DNA of 64,000 nucleotides from a virus (Duplodnaviria; Caudoviricetes): IMG/VR virus record IMGVR_UViG_3300034012_000625, positions 1,259 to 65,258 of that record; one strand, 5' to 3'. Shown piece by piece: positions 18,019 to 26,374 of this stretch (position 1 is its first letter; each line of letters starts with the position of its first letter). The notes under the pieces were generated by a model. It saw only the letters and a program-made list of their open reading frames with translations, ran no database searches and was not told where the DNA came from. The position numbers and the translations under genes were made by a program.

Positions 18019-18285
18019 TTACTTCGTTGGCTCGTCAACAATCTTCCCGCGCTCAATACCCACGCGGTGCTTGATTTCAACGGCGTAATACGTGTAATCC
18101 ACCTGGCCAGAAGCAGCCCGCTCTGCTGCCATACTGCGGCAACCCTCTATGGCCGACTCAAGTGAATCGTGAAGATATTTGAAATGGGCGCGTAAGCCAG
18201 ATGGAGACCGCAAAAATATTGCGTACTGTGGAGATACTGCTTCGTGCAATTGCTGCACGGTTTGTCTTCTCGTCGGCTCTTCCAC
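18019..18285 (-). CDS. Hypothetical protein
   Basis: 88 aa directly downstream of the attenuator-like leader. Confidence 0.55.
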   Translation of the reverse strand: MEEPTRRQTVQQLHEAVSPQYAIFLRSPSGLRAHFKYLHDSLESAIEGCRSMAAERAASGQVDYTYYAVEIKHRVGIERGKIVDEPTK

Positions 18286-18316
18286 GTTTCCATTCCTGTA
18301 TGGTTGCGGAGGCCGT

Positions 18317-18457
18317 AAAAAAACCCTTAAGAACTGGCTCTCCGTGTATCAGGCACGTTCCCATTTTGGGATAAGAACCAAACCTTAAGGGTTCGATAGC
18401 TGTCGCCGCCTGATACAGTGACAAGCACAGTGTATGGCAGATTCAGATGTGATGCAA
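18317..18457 (-). promoter_or_regulatory. Promoter plus terminator/antiterminator leader (c4-a1b1-like architecture)
   Basis: TTGCAT-17-TACACT; interleaved pairings TGTATCAGGC/GCCTGATACA and AACCCTTAAG/CTTAAGGGTT followed by a U7 tail. Confidence 0.65.
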
Positions 18458-18537
18458 GTGGTGCTGAAAACCAGCCGCTCTCTCGTGGCTGTGGTGCTGT
18501 CAACCGCTCGGCCGGCTTCCAGCTGCCGGCATTATAC

Positions 18538-18572
18538 AAAAAAAGACCCCGGTAAGGGGAGTAACCGGGGTC
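18538..18572 (-). terminator. Intrinsic terminator
   Basis: GACCCCGGT-10 nt loop-ACCGGGGTC followed by U7 on the minus strand. Confidence 0.75.
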
Positions 18573-18675
18573 AAGGCAGCTGTCGCTGCTGTCGCCAACA
18601 GGGAGACACTCCAGGAGCGAAGGGGAGATCTACGTGAAGGAGTAGAAGCCCACCGGAATGTCTGAGCAGACAATA
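18538..18675 (-). ncRNA. Candidate small RNA with five SD/anti-SD motifs
   Basis: AAGGGGAG, AGGGAG, AGGAG, AAGGGGAG and AAGGAG within 90 nt, with no start codon correctly spaced after them; ends in the terminator. Confidence 0.4.
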
Positions 18676-18683
18676 GCACACAG

Positions 18684-18697
18684 TGTAAATATTTACA
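18684..18697. promoter_or_regulatory. Perfect palindrome TGTAAATATTTACA, copy 3
   Basis: Lies in the divergent control region. Confidence 0.7.
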
Positions 18698-18740
18698 AAA
18701 GTCATTTTTGCAACACATGATTCCGGTATCAAATTGCCTG

Positions 18741-18783
18741 TTGACATACGCTAGATGTAGTTGTACTATCATCCTACATCTAG
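18741..18783 (+). promoter_or_regulatory. Sigma70 promoter of the recombination operon with a 10-bp inverted repeat
   Basis: TTGACA-17-TACTAT; CTAGATGTAG (18751-18760) and CTACATCTAG (18774-18783) flank the -10 box. Confidence 0.8.
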
Positions 18784-18793
18784 GGGAGGCAAG

Positions 18794-19669
18794 ATGAAAC
18801 TTACCAACAAACACGGTCTGCCACAGACCTTTATCAATGTCATTCAGCGGCCTACTTATAGCAGAGGTAGCTCAGAGATCAGCGTCACTGAGATCCTGTC
18901 GCCACCGCAGCTAGTACAACTACGCCGCCGTCATGCAGATGATATCGAAGTCGACGCGGCAGATCAGGTCTGGAGTCTGTTCGGCTCCGCAGTCCACAAC
19001 ATATTGCAGCACGGCCAAGACGAGAACCACGTTGTCGAGGAGCGCCTGTTCACCACGTTTGATAGCTGGAGTATCTCTGGTGCTATCGACTTGCAGACCT
19101 TTCAGTCTGACGGCTCTGTTGTCATCTCTGACTACAAGGTGACATCTGCCTGGGCAGTCCAGCAGCAGAAGACCGAGTGGGTGGATCAGCTGAACCTGTA
19201 CGCATGGCTAGTCGAGCGCGTGAAAGCGCATCCGGTTACTGGCCTACAGATCATCGGCATCGTTCGGGATTGGAGCCGCAGAGAAGCTGCCCTGAAGGAC
19301 ACCTACCCGCAAGCGCCTATCGTTACGCTGGATATCCCGCTGTGGGATTCAGAGACACGCGAGCAGTTTGTGCGTGACCGACTGCGCCTGCACAACGAGG
19401 CTAACTTCGCGGCCGTCTCTGGCCAGATGCCAACCTGCACGTCAGAGGAAATGTGGGAGAAGCCAACCACGTTTGCCATCATGAAGGCCGGTGGTGTTCG
19501 TGCGAAGAAGGTCTGTGCCACGCAGGAAGAAGCAGACGCATTGATTAAGACTAAGTTCCCCGGCCATGAGGTCGAGGTTAGAGAGGGCGGCAGGACACGC
19601 TGTGAGTCTTTCTGTCAGGTCGCACCATTTTGTGAGCAGTACAAACTTTACCAACAGGAGAAGTCATGA
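18794..19669 (+). CDS. PD-(D/E)XK recombination exonuclease (Cas4-like Cys cluster)
   Basis: 'GSAVH', 'ISGAID...ISDYK', 'QLNLY', C-terminal RCESFCQVAPFCEQY; upstream of ERF. Confidence 0.8.
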   Translation: MKLTNKHGLPQTFINVIQRPTYSRGSSEISVTEILSPPQLVQLRRRHADDIEVDAADQVWSLFGSAVHNILQHGQDENHVVEERLFTTFDSWSISGAIDLQTFQSDGSVVISDYKVTSAWAVQQQKTEWVDQLNLYAWLVERVKAHPVTGLQIIGIVRDWSRREAALKDTYPQAPIVTLDIPLWDSETREQFVRDRLRLHNEANFAAVSGQMPTCTSEEMWEKPTTFAIMKAGGVRAKKVCATQEEADALIKTKFPGHEVEVREGGRTRCESFCQVAPFCEQYKLYQQEKS

Positions 19670-19815
19670 AATATCTCGTCGCTATCTGGGCTATCGCTTC
19701 CGCATCCATGGCCTACGCCAGCTGCACATCACACAATTTCTGTGACACCCGTGGCAACTGCACGTTCTGCACTACTTGCTGCTATGGCGGTGTGTGCAAC
19801 ACCACCTGCAACTAG
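19666..19815 (+). CDS. Secreted 8-cysteine micropeptide (49 aa)
   Basis: MKYLVAIWAIASASMAYA|SCTSHNFCDTRGNCTFCTTCCYGGVCNTTCN*; AGGAG RBS; ATGA overlap with the exonuclease stop. Confidence 0.75.
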   Translation: MKYLVAIWAIASASMAYASCTSHNFCDTRGNCTFCTTCCYGGVCNTTCN

Positions 19816-19823
19816 GAGAACAA

Positions 19824-20525
19824 ATGAAAAACATCGCCACAGCACTGGTGAAAGCGCAGCGGGAGTTTGGCCCTGCGCTGAAGACCAGTACCAATCCACA
19901 CTTTCGCAGCAAGTATGCTTCTCTTGATGCTTGTATCGAGGCCGTCCTCGATGCGTTGAACAACAACGGCATCTACCTGATGCAGCTGACAGACGAGCAT
20001 GACGGCGGCGTGAAGGTCAGCACCATCTTCCTGCATGAATCAGGAGAACAACTGTCCGGTGGTAGCCTGTTCATGCCGGCCACCAAGCACGATGCACAGG
20101 GCTTTGGTTCCGCGCTTTCGTACGCTCGTCGCTATAGTCTGATGGCCGCCTGCGGTATCGCGCCAGAAGACGATGACGGCAACCAGGCAACAAAGACAGC
20201 GCCTGTAGTGGCACCAAAGCCAGTAGCCAAGCCTGCAACTCCACCTGCACCACCTGCTCCACCGAAGAAGATGGAAGGTCACGATCGTGAGTGGCAGCTC
20301 AAAGTATCTGCGGAGCCGGATACGGAGTGGGAAAACTGGCTGACTGTTGTCGTTGAAGCGACTGTCACGGCACTTGATTCAGCTTCCAACCTAGATGACA
20401 TCATGAACATCTGGCGCACGAATGCCAACATCTACAAGCAGATTGAGATGCAAGATACCGTCGCCTACAGAGAGCTGGTCGACACATTCGGAACCTACAA
20501 GGGAGCATTCAAAGATGACAAATAA
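19824..20525 (+). CDS. erf: ERF-family single-strand annealing protein
   Basis: 'NPHFRSKYASLD', 'QGFGSALSYARRYSL...EDDDGN'. Confidence 0.9.
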   Translation: MKNIATALVKAQREFGPALKTSTNPHFRSKYASLDACIEAVLDALNNNGIYLMQLTDEHDGGVKVSTIFLHESGEQLSGGSLFMPATKHDAQGFGSALSYARRYSLMAACGIAPEDDDGNQATKTAPVVAPKPVAKPATPPAPPAPPKKMEGHDREWQLKVSAEPDTEWENWLTVVVEATVTALDSASNLDDIMNIWRTNANIYKQIEMQDTVAYRELVDTFGTYKGAFKDDK

Positions 20526-20796
20526 GTACCCAAACTCTGGCCGCTTGAATTACAGCAAGCGCAAGATCCATCCGAAGTCACCTGATCTCTACGGCGACAT
20601 CACCCTGGAGCGTAGCTACCTGCGTACGCTCTTGCAGGAAACGGAAGGTGATGACATCACGATCAAGTTGGACGCATGGCAGAACGATGGTCAGTACGGC
20701 ACGTTCTTTCAGCTAAAGGTGAACACATGGAAGAAGACCGAGACACTGGAGGCACCCAAGCCACCAGTAGTAGATGATTCAGACGTCCCGTTCTGA
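20515..20796 (+). CDS. Small SSB-like protein
   Basis: 'NSG.L...KSPDLYG.I', acidic C-terminus DDSDVPF. Confidence 0.65.
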   Translation: MTNKYPNSGRLNYSKRKIHPKSPDLYGDITLERSYLRTLLQETEGDDITIKLDAWQNDGQYGTFFQLKVNTWKKTETLEAPKPPVVDDSDVPF

Positions 20797-20803
20797 GGTG
20801 GCC

Positions 20804-21007
20804 ATGAACCATCTTATTGACCACCTGATCAACTTTGCCAACCTGCGCAGCGATGCAGCCCTTGCGAAGATCATAGGCGTACACCCGCCTACGATCTCCA
20901 AGCTGCGGCATGGCCATGTAACGTTAACGCCGTCTGTCATCTTGAAGATCCACGAAGCTTTTGATATCCCGATCAAAGAGATCAAGCGGATAGCGAATGG
21001 CAGCTAA
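20804..21007 (+). CDS. XRE/Cro-like HTH regulator
   Basis: 'SDAALAKIIGVHPPTISKLRHG'. Confidence 0.8.
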   Translation: MNHLIDHLINFANLRSDAALAKIIGVHPPTISKLRHGHVTLTPSVILKIHEAFDIPIKEIKRIANGS

Positions 21008-21314
21008 GTCTCCGACGCAGCGCAGCCTCGAGTATCTGCGGGAGCAGGGCTATCACTGTGAGGTGGTAGAGAAGTGGAACCCGTGGAAGCGTGTGCGTCA
21101 GGATCTGTGGGGCTGGTGCGACATCCTGGCTATCCGCAGAGATGAAGTGCTGGCCGTACAGGTAACGAGCAGCGGGGTGTCATCAAGGATCAAGAAGATC
21201 CAGGAGTCCGACACTATCGCGCACGTCAGGGAGGCAGGCATCAGAGTGGAAGTGCATGGTTGGACTAAACGGGCTAACGGCAAGTACGCATTACGAATAG
21301 AGGACATCAGTTGA
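20997..21314 (+). CDS. PD-(D/E)XK endonuclease (resolvase/VRR-NUC-like)
   Basis: 'LREQGY', 'DLWGWCDILAI...AVQVT'. Confidence 0.65.
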   Translation: MAAKSPTQRSLEYLREQGYHCEVVEKWNPWKRVRQDLWGWCDILAIRRDEVLAVQVTSSGVSSRIKKIQESDTIAHVREAGIRVEVHGWTKRANGKYALRIEDIS

Positions 21315-21736
21315 AAGATCATCCACAGTTCGAATCAGTCAAGGTAGGGATCAAGCAGGACAACAGCGGCTACATCCTGACACTGCGCATTCACCCCGAC
21401 GATCTGGATGAACGGATCATGCGGGACTTCGTAGGCGCCAGATACATGACGGTGATGGTCAGGCTGAACGAAGAAGAGAAGCCTATGAACCGGGAGCAAG
21501 AGCTGGCCAAGGACATGGTGCGTGTATCTGGAATGCTGTGCCGAGATCCCAAGTTCTGGGAGTTCCTCTCGGAGTCCGGGCAGATCATTGAGAAATCAGA
21601 CAAGGAAGCGACAGAATGGTTAAAGACATACCTGAAGGTGGAAAGCCGCGCCGACATTGGAAAAAGCCAGCAGGCGACGGAAAAGATGCTGGGAATAAAG
21701 CAGGAGTTCGCCGCGTGGAGAAGTCGAAGCGACTGA
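21311..21736 (+). CDS. Hypothetical protein
   Basis: 141 aa; 'GMLCRDPKFWEFL...ESRADI'. Confidence 0.6.
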   Translation: MKDHPQFESVKVGIKQDNSGYILTLRIHPDDLDERIMRDFVGARYMTVMVRLNEEEKPMNREQELAKDMVRVSGMLCRDPKFWEFLSESGQIIEKSDKEATEWLKTYLKVESRADIGKSQQATEKMLGIKQEFAAWRSRSD

Positions 21737-21999
21737 TCCCGTACTCGGTTTATCTGGATCCTGAGATACATGACGCGCTGAAAGAGAAGGCTCGCAACCG
21801 GCAGGCCAGCAAGATCGTGCGGGATGCAATCACCATGATCCTGGAAGGCGGCGATCAATTCTCTAGCGGCTACAAGCAAGCGCTGCGTGACGTGTCCAGC
21901 TTGATCCACAAGGATGATCTCGCCGGCTCAGTATCTGTGAACGACAGACGGATCTCTGACCACTTGATAGATCAGATAGAGAGCATGGCCAATGACTAG
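21715..21999 (+). CDS. Ribbon-helix-helix-like protein
   Basis: 'PYSVYLDPEIHDALK...ASKIVRDAI'. Confidence 0.55.
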   Translation: MEKSKRLIPYSVYLDPEIHDALKEKARNRQASKIVRDAITMILEGGDQFSSGYKQALRDVSSLIHKDDLAGSVSVNDRRISDHLIDQIESMAND

Positions 22000-22219
22000 A
22001 GATGACATTATCCGCATGGCGCGAGAGGCTGGAATATCTAAGCCGTGGGATCAGGAGCCTGTGAAATGGGAAACGCTTGAACGCTTTGCCGAGTTGGTAG
22101 CAGCAGCGGAGCGCGAGGCGTGTGCTGCGTTGTGCGACAAGATAGCTGACGATGATGGGTTTGAAGGTGGGTATGCAGACTATTGCGCCGTTTCTATCCG
22201 CGCAAGGAGAGAACAATGA
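21992..22219 (+). CDS. Small 'AEREACA'-motif protein
   Basis: MTRDDIIRMAREAG...LERFAELVAAAEREACA...IRAR. Confidence 0.7.
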   Translation: MTRDDIIRMAREAGISKPWDQEPVKWETLERFAELVAAAEREACAALCDKIADDDGFEGGYADYCAVSIRARREQ

Positions 22220-22311
22220 GTAACTATCCGTTAGGCATGGTGTTGTTTGTAATTGGTTTAGCTTGCTGGTGTTTCTTTATGGGTTATTTGTATGGGAGGA
22301 ACAGTGGCTAA
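22216..22311 (+). CDS. 31-aa membrane peptide
   Basis: MSNYPLGMVLFVIGLACWCFFMGYLYGRNSG*; AGGAG RBS; overlaps neighbours. Confidence 0.5.
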   Translation: MSNYPLGMVLFVIGLACWCFFMGYLYGRNSG

Positions 22312-22501
22312 GTTACCTTACACAATCACGATCTGCCCAGACGAGCCAAACCCTAAGCAGTTCACCGCGATGACGCCACAGTTGATCAACGCTATGCGAT
22401 TTGGTTACGACATGACGATTGATCAGCGGCAGCAAATGTACCCCTCAGCACCGCAGGGTATAACGCAGATCAATAATCACAAGGAGAAGAACAGTGGATG
22501 A
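22304..22501 (+). CDS. Hypothetical protein
   Basis: GTG start after GGAGG. Confidence 0.5.
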   Translation: MAKLPYTITICPDEPNPKQFTAMTPQLINAMRFGYDMTIDQRQQMYPSAPQGITQINNHKEKNSG

Positions 22502-22847
22502 GGATAAAGCAGAAGTAATGCCAAATATAGATTACATATATTCGGCTGTGATAGCGGACAGTGAGGCACTGGAAGAGGCGAAGATGACGTTGGAGATCAT
22601 TAAGAAAACTGATCCGGGCGTTTACGATGAGATGATTAACGACACGCTTTCTTTGATTCGCAAAGCGTTGAGCAGTTCTATCCTTAGTGTTGTCGATAGG
22701 ATGGTTAAAGTAGAGGTAGAAGCGGAGCGCGAGGCGTGTGCGAAGGTGGCTGAAGAGATGGGCAACATAGACGGAAACATGAACAAGACATGGCGCAACG
22801 GATGCTTTGACGTTGCGTTCGCTATCCGCGAGAGAGGCGCGTCATGA
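22494..22847 (+). CDS. 'AEREACA'-motif protein
   Basis: Shares the 21-bp AGCGGAGCGCGAGGCGTGTGC with the 21992 gene. Confidence 0.6.
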   Translation: MDEDKAEVMPNIDYIYSAVIADSEALEEAKMTLEIIKKTDPGVYDEMINDTLSLIRKALSSSILSVVDRMVKVEVEAEREACAKVAEEMGNIDGNMNKTWRNGCFDVAFAIRERGAS

Positions 22848-23608
22848 TTGACGGCAAGCCAACCATCATGATCGGCACCCCTGCGTACGGCGGTGCGATG
22901 TTCATGGAGTACGTCGACAGTCTCGTGCGGAACATCAGCTTCCTAGAAAGCAAAGGGATCAAGACGCGCTGGCAGTTCATGAACAAAGAAGCGCTGATTA
23001 CCCGTGCGCGCAATGAGATAGCCAGATACTTCTTGGATGAAACGCGGGATGACTATCTGATGTTCATCGACGCTGACATCTGGTTCCCGACCGACGGTAT
23101 CTATCGGCTGCTCCAGCATGAGAAGGATGTGGTGTGCGGGATCTATCCCAAGAAGTTCATGTTCTGGGATCGTATCCGGCAGGCTGCTCTGCGCGGCGAA
23201 AAGGATATCGAGAAGTTCGGCTGCTCGTATGTGCTGAATGCGGTGGATGATCAGGGTGATCCTGACGCAGTACCGCTCGGACCCGACGGCCTGGTAGAAG
23301 TACTGCACGGCGGCACAGGATTCATGATGATCCACAGGAACGTACTGAAAGCCATGCGCTTCAAAGTACCCACCTACCGCACGTCATTGATACAGGATAA
23401 CGGACAGTTTCTCGCCCCACTCACCCGAGAGTTCTTCGGCACCAGCATCACAGAGCTAGGATTGCTGTTGTCAGAGGACTATCACTTCTGCGAGTTGTGG
23501 AAGAAGGAGGGCGGTAAAATTTATGCAGACCCCACGATTGAGTTACGCCACGTAGGCCAGCACGTCTACGCAGGGGATCTTATGCGCGCGGGGCGCAACA
23601 ACACATAG
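22844..23608 (+). CDS. GT-A fold glycosyltransferase-like protein
   Basis: 'IGTPAYGG', 'LITRARN', DxD in 'MFIDADI', 'GTGFMMI', 'LSEDYHFC'. Confidence 0.75.
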   Translation: MIDGKPTIMIGTPAYGGAMFMEYVDSLVRNISFLESKGIKTRWQFMNKEALITRARNEIARYFLDETRDDYLMFIDADIWFPTDGIYRLLQHEKDVVCGIYPKKFMFWDRIRQAALRGEKDIEKFGCSYVLNAVDDQGDPDAVPLGPDGLVEVLHGGTGFMMIHRNVLKAMRFKVPTYRTSLIQDNGQFLAPLTREFFGTSITELGLLLSEDYHFCELWKKEGGKIYADPTIELRHVGQHVYAGDLMRAGRNNT

Positions 23609-23617
23609 GAGGAAGCA

Positions 23618-23860
23618 ATGCTAAGAGATGGACAATTCGTCAAAGAGCCGCCACCAAAGATTGGCAGCCACTACGTGCCGCAGTTCTACCAGACAGTGCA
23701 GGACACCAACCGGATCATCGAGCAGGAAAGCCGGTGGCAGGCGTTCTACCGCAAGAACATTTCCAGCTTTGATGTTGGCGCAATCATGATTCTGATCTAC
23801 GTAGCGCTGGCGGTTGTGATCACGACTCTGCGTGAGTTGTTTCACTTCATCTTTGGATGA
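23618..23860 (+). CDS. Small membrane protein
   Basis: C-terminal hydrophobic helix. Confidence 0.55.
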   Translation: MLRDGQFVKEPPPKIGSHYVPQFYQTVQDTNRIIEQESRWQAFYRKNISSFDVGAIMILIYVALAVVITTLRELFHFIFG

Positions 23861-24057
23861 CCCGCAAGTTATTTGAGATGGCAAATCTGGCGGCAGAAGA
23901 TGAGCAGTTGATCTATGCCCCAGATTCTGCGGCCATGTCTTGGATGCGCAAGTTCTCCAAGATGGTAGTGGCAACAGAACGTGAGCGCTGCGCTCGACTG
24001 TGTGAAGAGGCCGGACACAAAGACATAGCAGCAACTATACGCAAGGGGGAGGAGTGA
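23857..24057 (+). CDS. 'ERERCA'-motif protein
   Basis: VATERERCARLCEE...IAATIR. Confidence 0.6.
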   Translation: MTRKLFEMANLAAEDEQLIYAPDSAAMSWMRKFSKMVVATERERCARLCEEAGHKDIAATIRKGEE

Positions 24058-24085
24058 ACAACTATCCGCGAGAGGGGGGTGCGCC

Positions 24086-24250
24086 ATGAGCAACTTTATT
24101 GCTGGCGTTCTTTGGTGTCTGTTTGCGCCAATAAGTTGGTTATGCAGGTTGTGTAAACACCCATTCAGGACGCAGTGGGAAGAGAGAAGCGTAGGTTTGT
24201 ATGACCATTGCGAGGTGTGCGGAACCTTAGTTAAACAGGAGAACACATGA
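24086..24250 (+). CDS. Small Cys-containing protein (54 aa)
   Basis: MSNFIAGVLWCLF...CKHP...HCEVCG; ATGA overlap with the next gene. Confidence 0.45.
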   Translation: MSNFIAGVLWCLFAPISWLCRLCKHPFRTQWEERSVGLYDHCEVCGTLVKQENT

Positions 24251-24447
24251 CCAAAGAAGAAGCATGGCTTATGTGGATGAAAGAATCCAATCGCTACGTC
24301 GAATACGATTGGGACACGATCAAGAAGTCCTCGCACTGGCAAGCGTTCTCCCGTGGTTGGGATGCGGCAGCAATCAATGTTAACGGCTGGGACGGTGCCT
24401 ACAAGATGGGCATGGAAGCAGGCAAAGAAATGGAGAAGAACACTTGA
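24247..24447 (+). CDS. Hypothetical protein
   Basis: 66 aa, Trp-rich, AGGAG RBS. Confidence 0.55.
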   Translation: MTKEEAWLMWMKESNRYVEYDWDTIKKSSHWQAFSRGWDAAAINVNGWDGAYKMGMEAGKEMEKNT

Positions 24448-25388
24448 AAGTCGCCGTACACAATCACTACGAGTTCATCACCCGCGACGGCTACCTGTTC
24501 AAGAACGAGAACAGCGATGTCGGCCACAACCTGCTACGCCCGTGGGTAGAGTTGTACAAGTTGTGCCAAGCCAACGGCATAGAACTCTACACGCTTGACC
24601 AGGTTGATCCGGCAGAGCTGGACTTCGTGATCTACATGGATCGCCCACAGGTAGAGCCTGAGATCGGCAACGCCAAGAAGGCGCTGATCTTGTACGAACC
24701 AGACCTGATCCTGCCGCAGAACTGGGATACCGCGTATCACGATCAGTTCGCAAAAGTACTGACGTGGGATGACCGGCTGGTCGGGCGTGGCAACTACGTC
24801 AAGCACAACTTCACCGTGGACTGGAGCAGCAGGCTGAACACCGAGATCCACAGATCGGAGTTCGAACGCCGCAAGTTACTGACGCTGATGCAGACGGCCA
24901 AGAACAGCCAGCAACTACACAGCCTGTACCCCAAGCGGATAGAAGCCATCTTCTGGTTCCAGCAGAACGCCATGTTCGAGTTTGATCTTTACGGCAGAGG
25001 CTGGGATATCAAGACCTTCTTCTGCGCCAAGGGTACGACGAACAACAAGCTGGCTACGCTGCACAACTACCGCTTTGCCCTGACGTTTGAGAACTGCGAC
25101 AACGCGGTCGGCTATATCAGCGAGAAGATCCTGGACGCCTTCATGGCCGGCATCGTCCCTGTGTACTGGGGCGCACCCAACATCCATGACCACATCCCGC
25201 GCGAGTGCTTCATTGACATGACGGACTTCGGCAGCTGGGAGGAGTTGTACGGCTTCCTGCGTGGCGTGGACTACCACCGCTACTGTGAGTATCTGGAGAA
25301 CATCGACGCGTTCATCCGGTCAGACAAGAAGTTCAGCAACGAGCATGAGATCAAACAACTGTACCGACTGATCGAGGAGAACAAATGA
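24444..25388 (+). CDS. GT10 alpha-1,3/4-fucosyltransferase-like protein
   Basis: 'YRFALTFEN...[21 protein letters not shown]' is the GT10 signature. Confidence 0.85.
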   Translation: MKVAVHNHYEFITRDGYLFKNENSDVGHNLLRPWVELYKLCQANGIELYTLDQVDPAELDFVIYMDRPQVEPEIGNAKKALILYEPDLILPQNWDTAYHDQFAKVLTWDDRLVGRGNYVKHNFTVDWSSRLNTEIHRSEFERRKLLTLMQTAKNSQQLHSLYPKRIEAIFWFQQNAMFEFDLYGRGWDIKTFFCAKGTTNNKLATLHNYRFALTFENCDNAVGYISEKILDAFMAGIVPVYWGAPNIHDHIPRECFIDMTDFGSWEELYGFLRGVDYHRYCEYLENIDAFIRSDKKFSNEHEIKQLYRLIEENK

Positions 25389-26374
25389 AGGCACTGATCA
25401 CAGGCGTGACCGGACAAGACGGTTCATACCTAGCAGAGCTGTTGTTGGAAAAGGGATACGAGGTACACGGCATCAAGCGCCGTTGCTCCAACCTGAACAC
25501 CGAACGGGTGGATCATCTCTTTGGCAATCCCAACTTCCACCTGCACTACGGTGACATGACCGACGGCAGCAACCTTGCTCACTTGGTCAAGAAGATCAAG
25601 CCCACAGAGATATACAACCTTGCAGCCCAGAGCCATGTGGCTGTCAGCTTCGAGCAGCCTGAGTACACCGCCAACGCTGATGCCGTGGGTACTCTGCGTT
25701 TACTGGAAGCGGCACTCTGGGAGGAGGCCAAGTTCTACCAAGCATCTACCAGCGAGATGTTTGGCGCTAGTCCTGCGCCACAGGATGAGCAAACGCCGTT
25801 CTATCCGCGCAGTCCGTACGGTGCAGCCAAGCTGTACGCCCACTGGATCACGGTCAACTACCGCGAGGCCTACGGTATGTACGCCTGCTCGGGCATCCTG
25901 TTCAACCACGAATCCCCACGCCGTGGCGAAACATTCGTCACCCGCAAGATCGTGCAGGGTCTAGTCAGGATCAAACGCGGCCAGCAAGACAGGTTGTTGC
26001 TGGGTAACTTGGACGCTCGCAGAGACTGGGGTCACGCCAAGGATTACGTCCGCGCCATGTGGCTGATGCTTCAGCAGGACGAGCCAGAGGACTTTGTGAT
26101 TGCCACCGGCTACACATGGACGGTCAGACACTTTGTGAAAGCGGTCGCTGCCAGACTATGCATGAACCTAGTCTGGAGCGGCAAGGGCGCAAATGAAACC
26201 GCAAGCTGGCAGGGCAAGGCGGTAGTGGCTATTGATGCCAAATACCTGCGGCCGGCAGAAGTGGACACCCTGTGCGGAGATGCCACCAAGGCGAAAGAGA
26301 AACTAGGCTGGGTGCCTGAGTACACATTTGACCAACTGGTAGACGAGATGGTGGAGGCTGAACTTGAAAGGTAA
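25385..26374 (+). CDS. gmd: GDP-mannose 4,6-dehydratase
   Basis: '[17 protein letters not shown]', 'NLAAQSHV', 'YQASTSE', 'PRSPYGAAK', '[16 protein letters not shown]'. Confidence 0.97.
   Translation: MKALITGVTGQDGSYLAELLLEKGYEVHGIKRRCSNLNTERVDHLFGNPNFHLHYGDMTDGSNLAHLVKKIKPTEIYNLAAQSHVAVSFEQPEYTANADAVGTLRLLEAALWEEAKFYQASTSEMFGASPAPQDEQTPFYPRSPYGAAKLYAHWITVNYREAYGMYACSGILFNHESPRRGETFVTRKIVQGLVRIKRGQQDRLLLGNLDARRDWGHAKDYVRAMWLMLQQDEPEDFVIATGYTWTVRHFVKAVAARLCMNLVWSGKGANETASWQGKAVVAIDAKYLRPAEVDTLCGDATKAKEKLGWVPEYTFDQLVDEMVEAELER

Noticed and set aside
17700-18760. tRNA genes in the non-coding regions
   Set aside because: No cloverleaf with a proper T-loop (GTTCRA) and acceptor stem could be built by eye; a tRNAscan-SE run would confirm.
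18794-19669. Cas4-like nuclease as part of a CRISPR system
   Set aside because: It sits with ERF and an SSB-like gene as the standard phage recombination exonuclease; there is no array or other cas gene.
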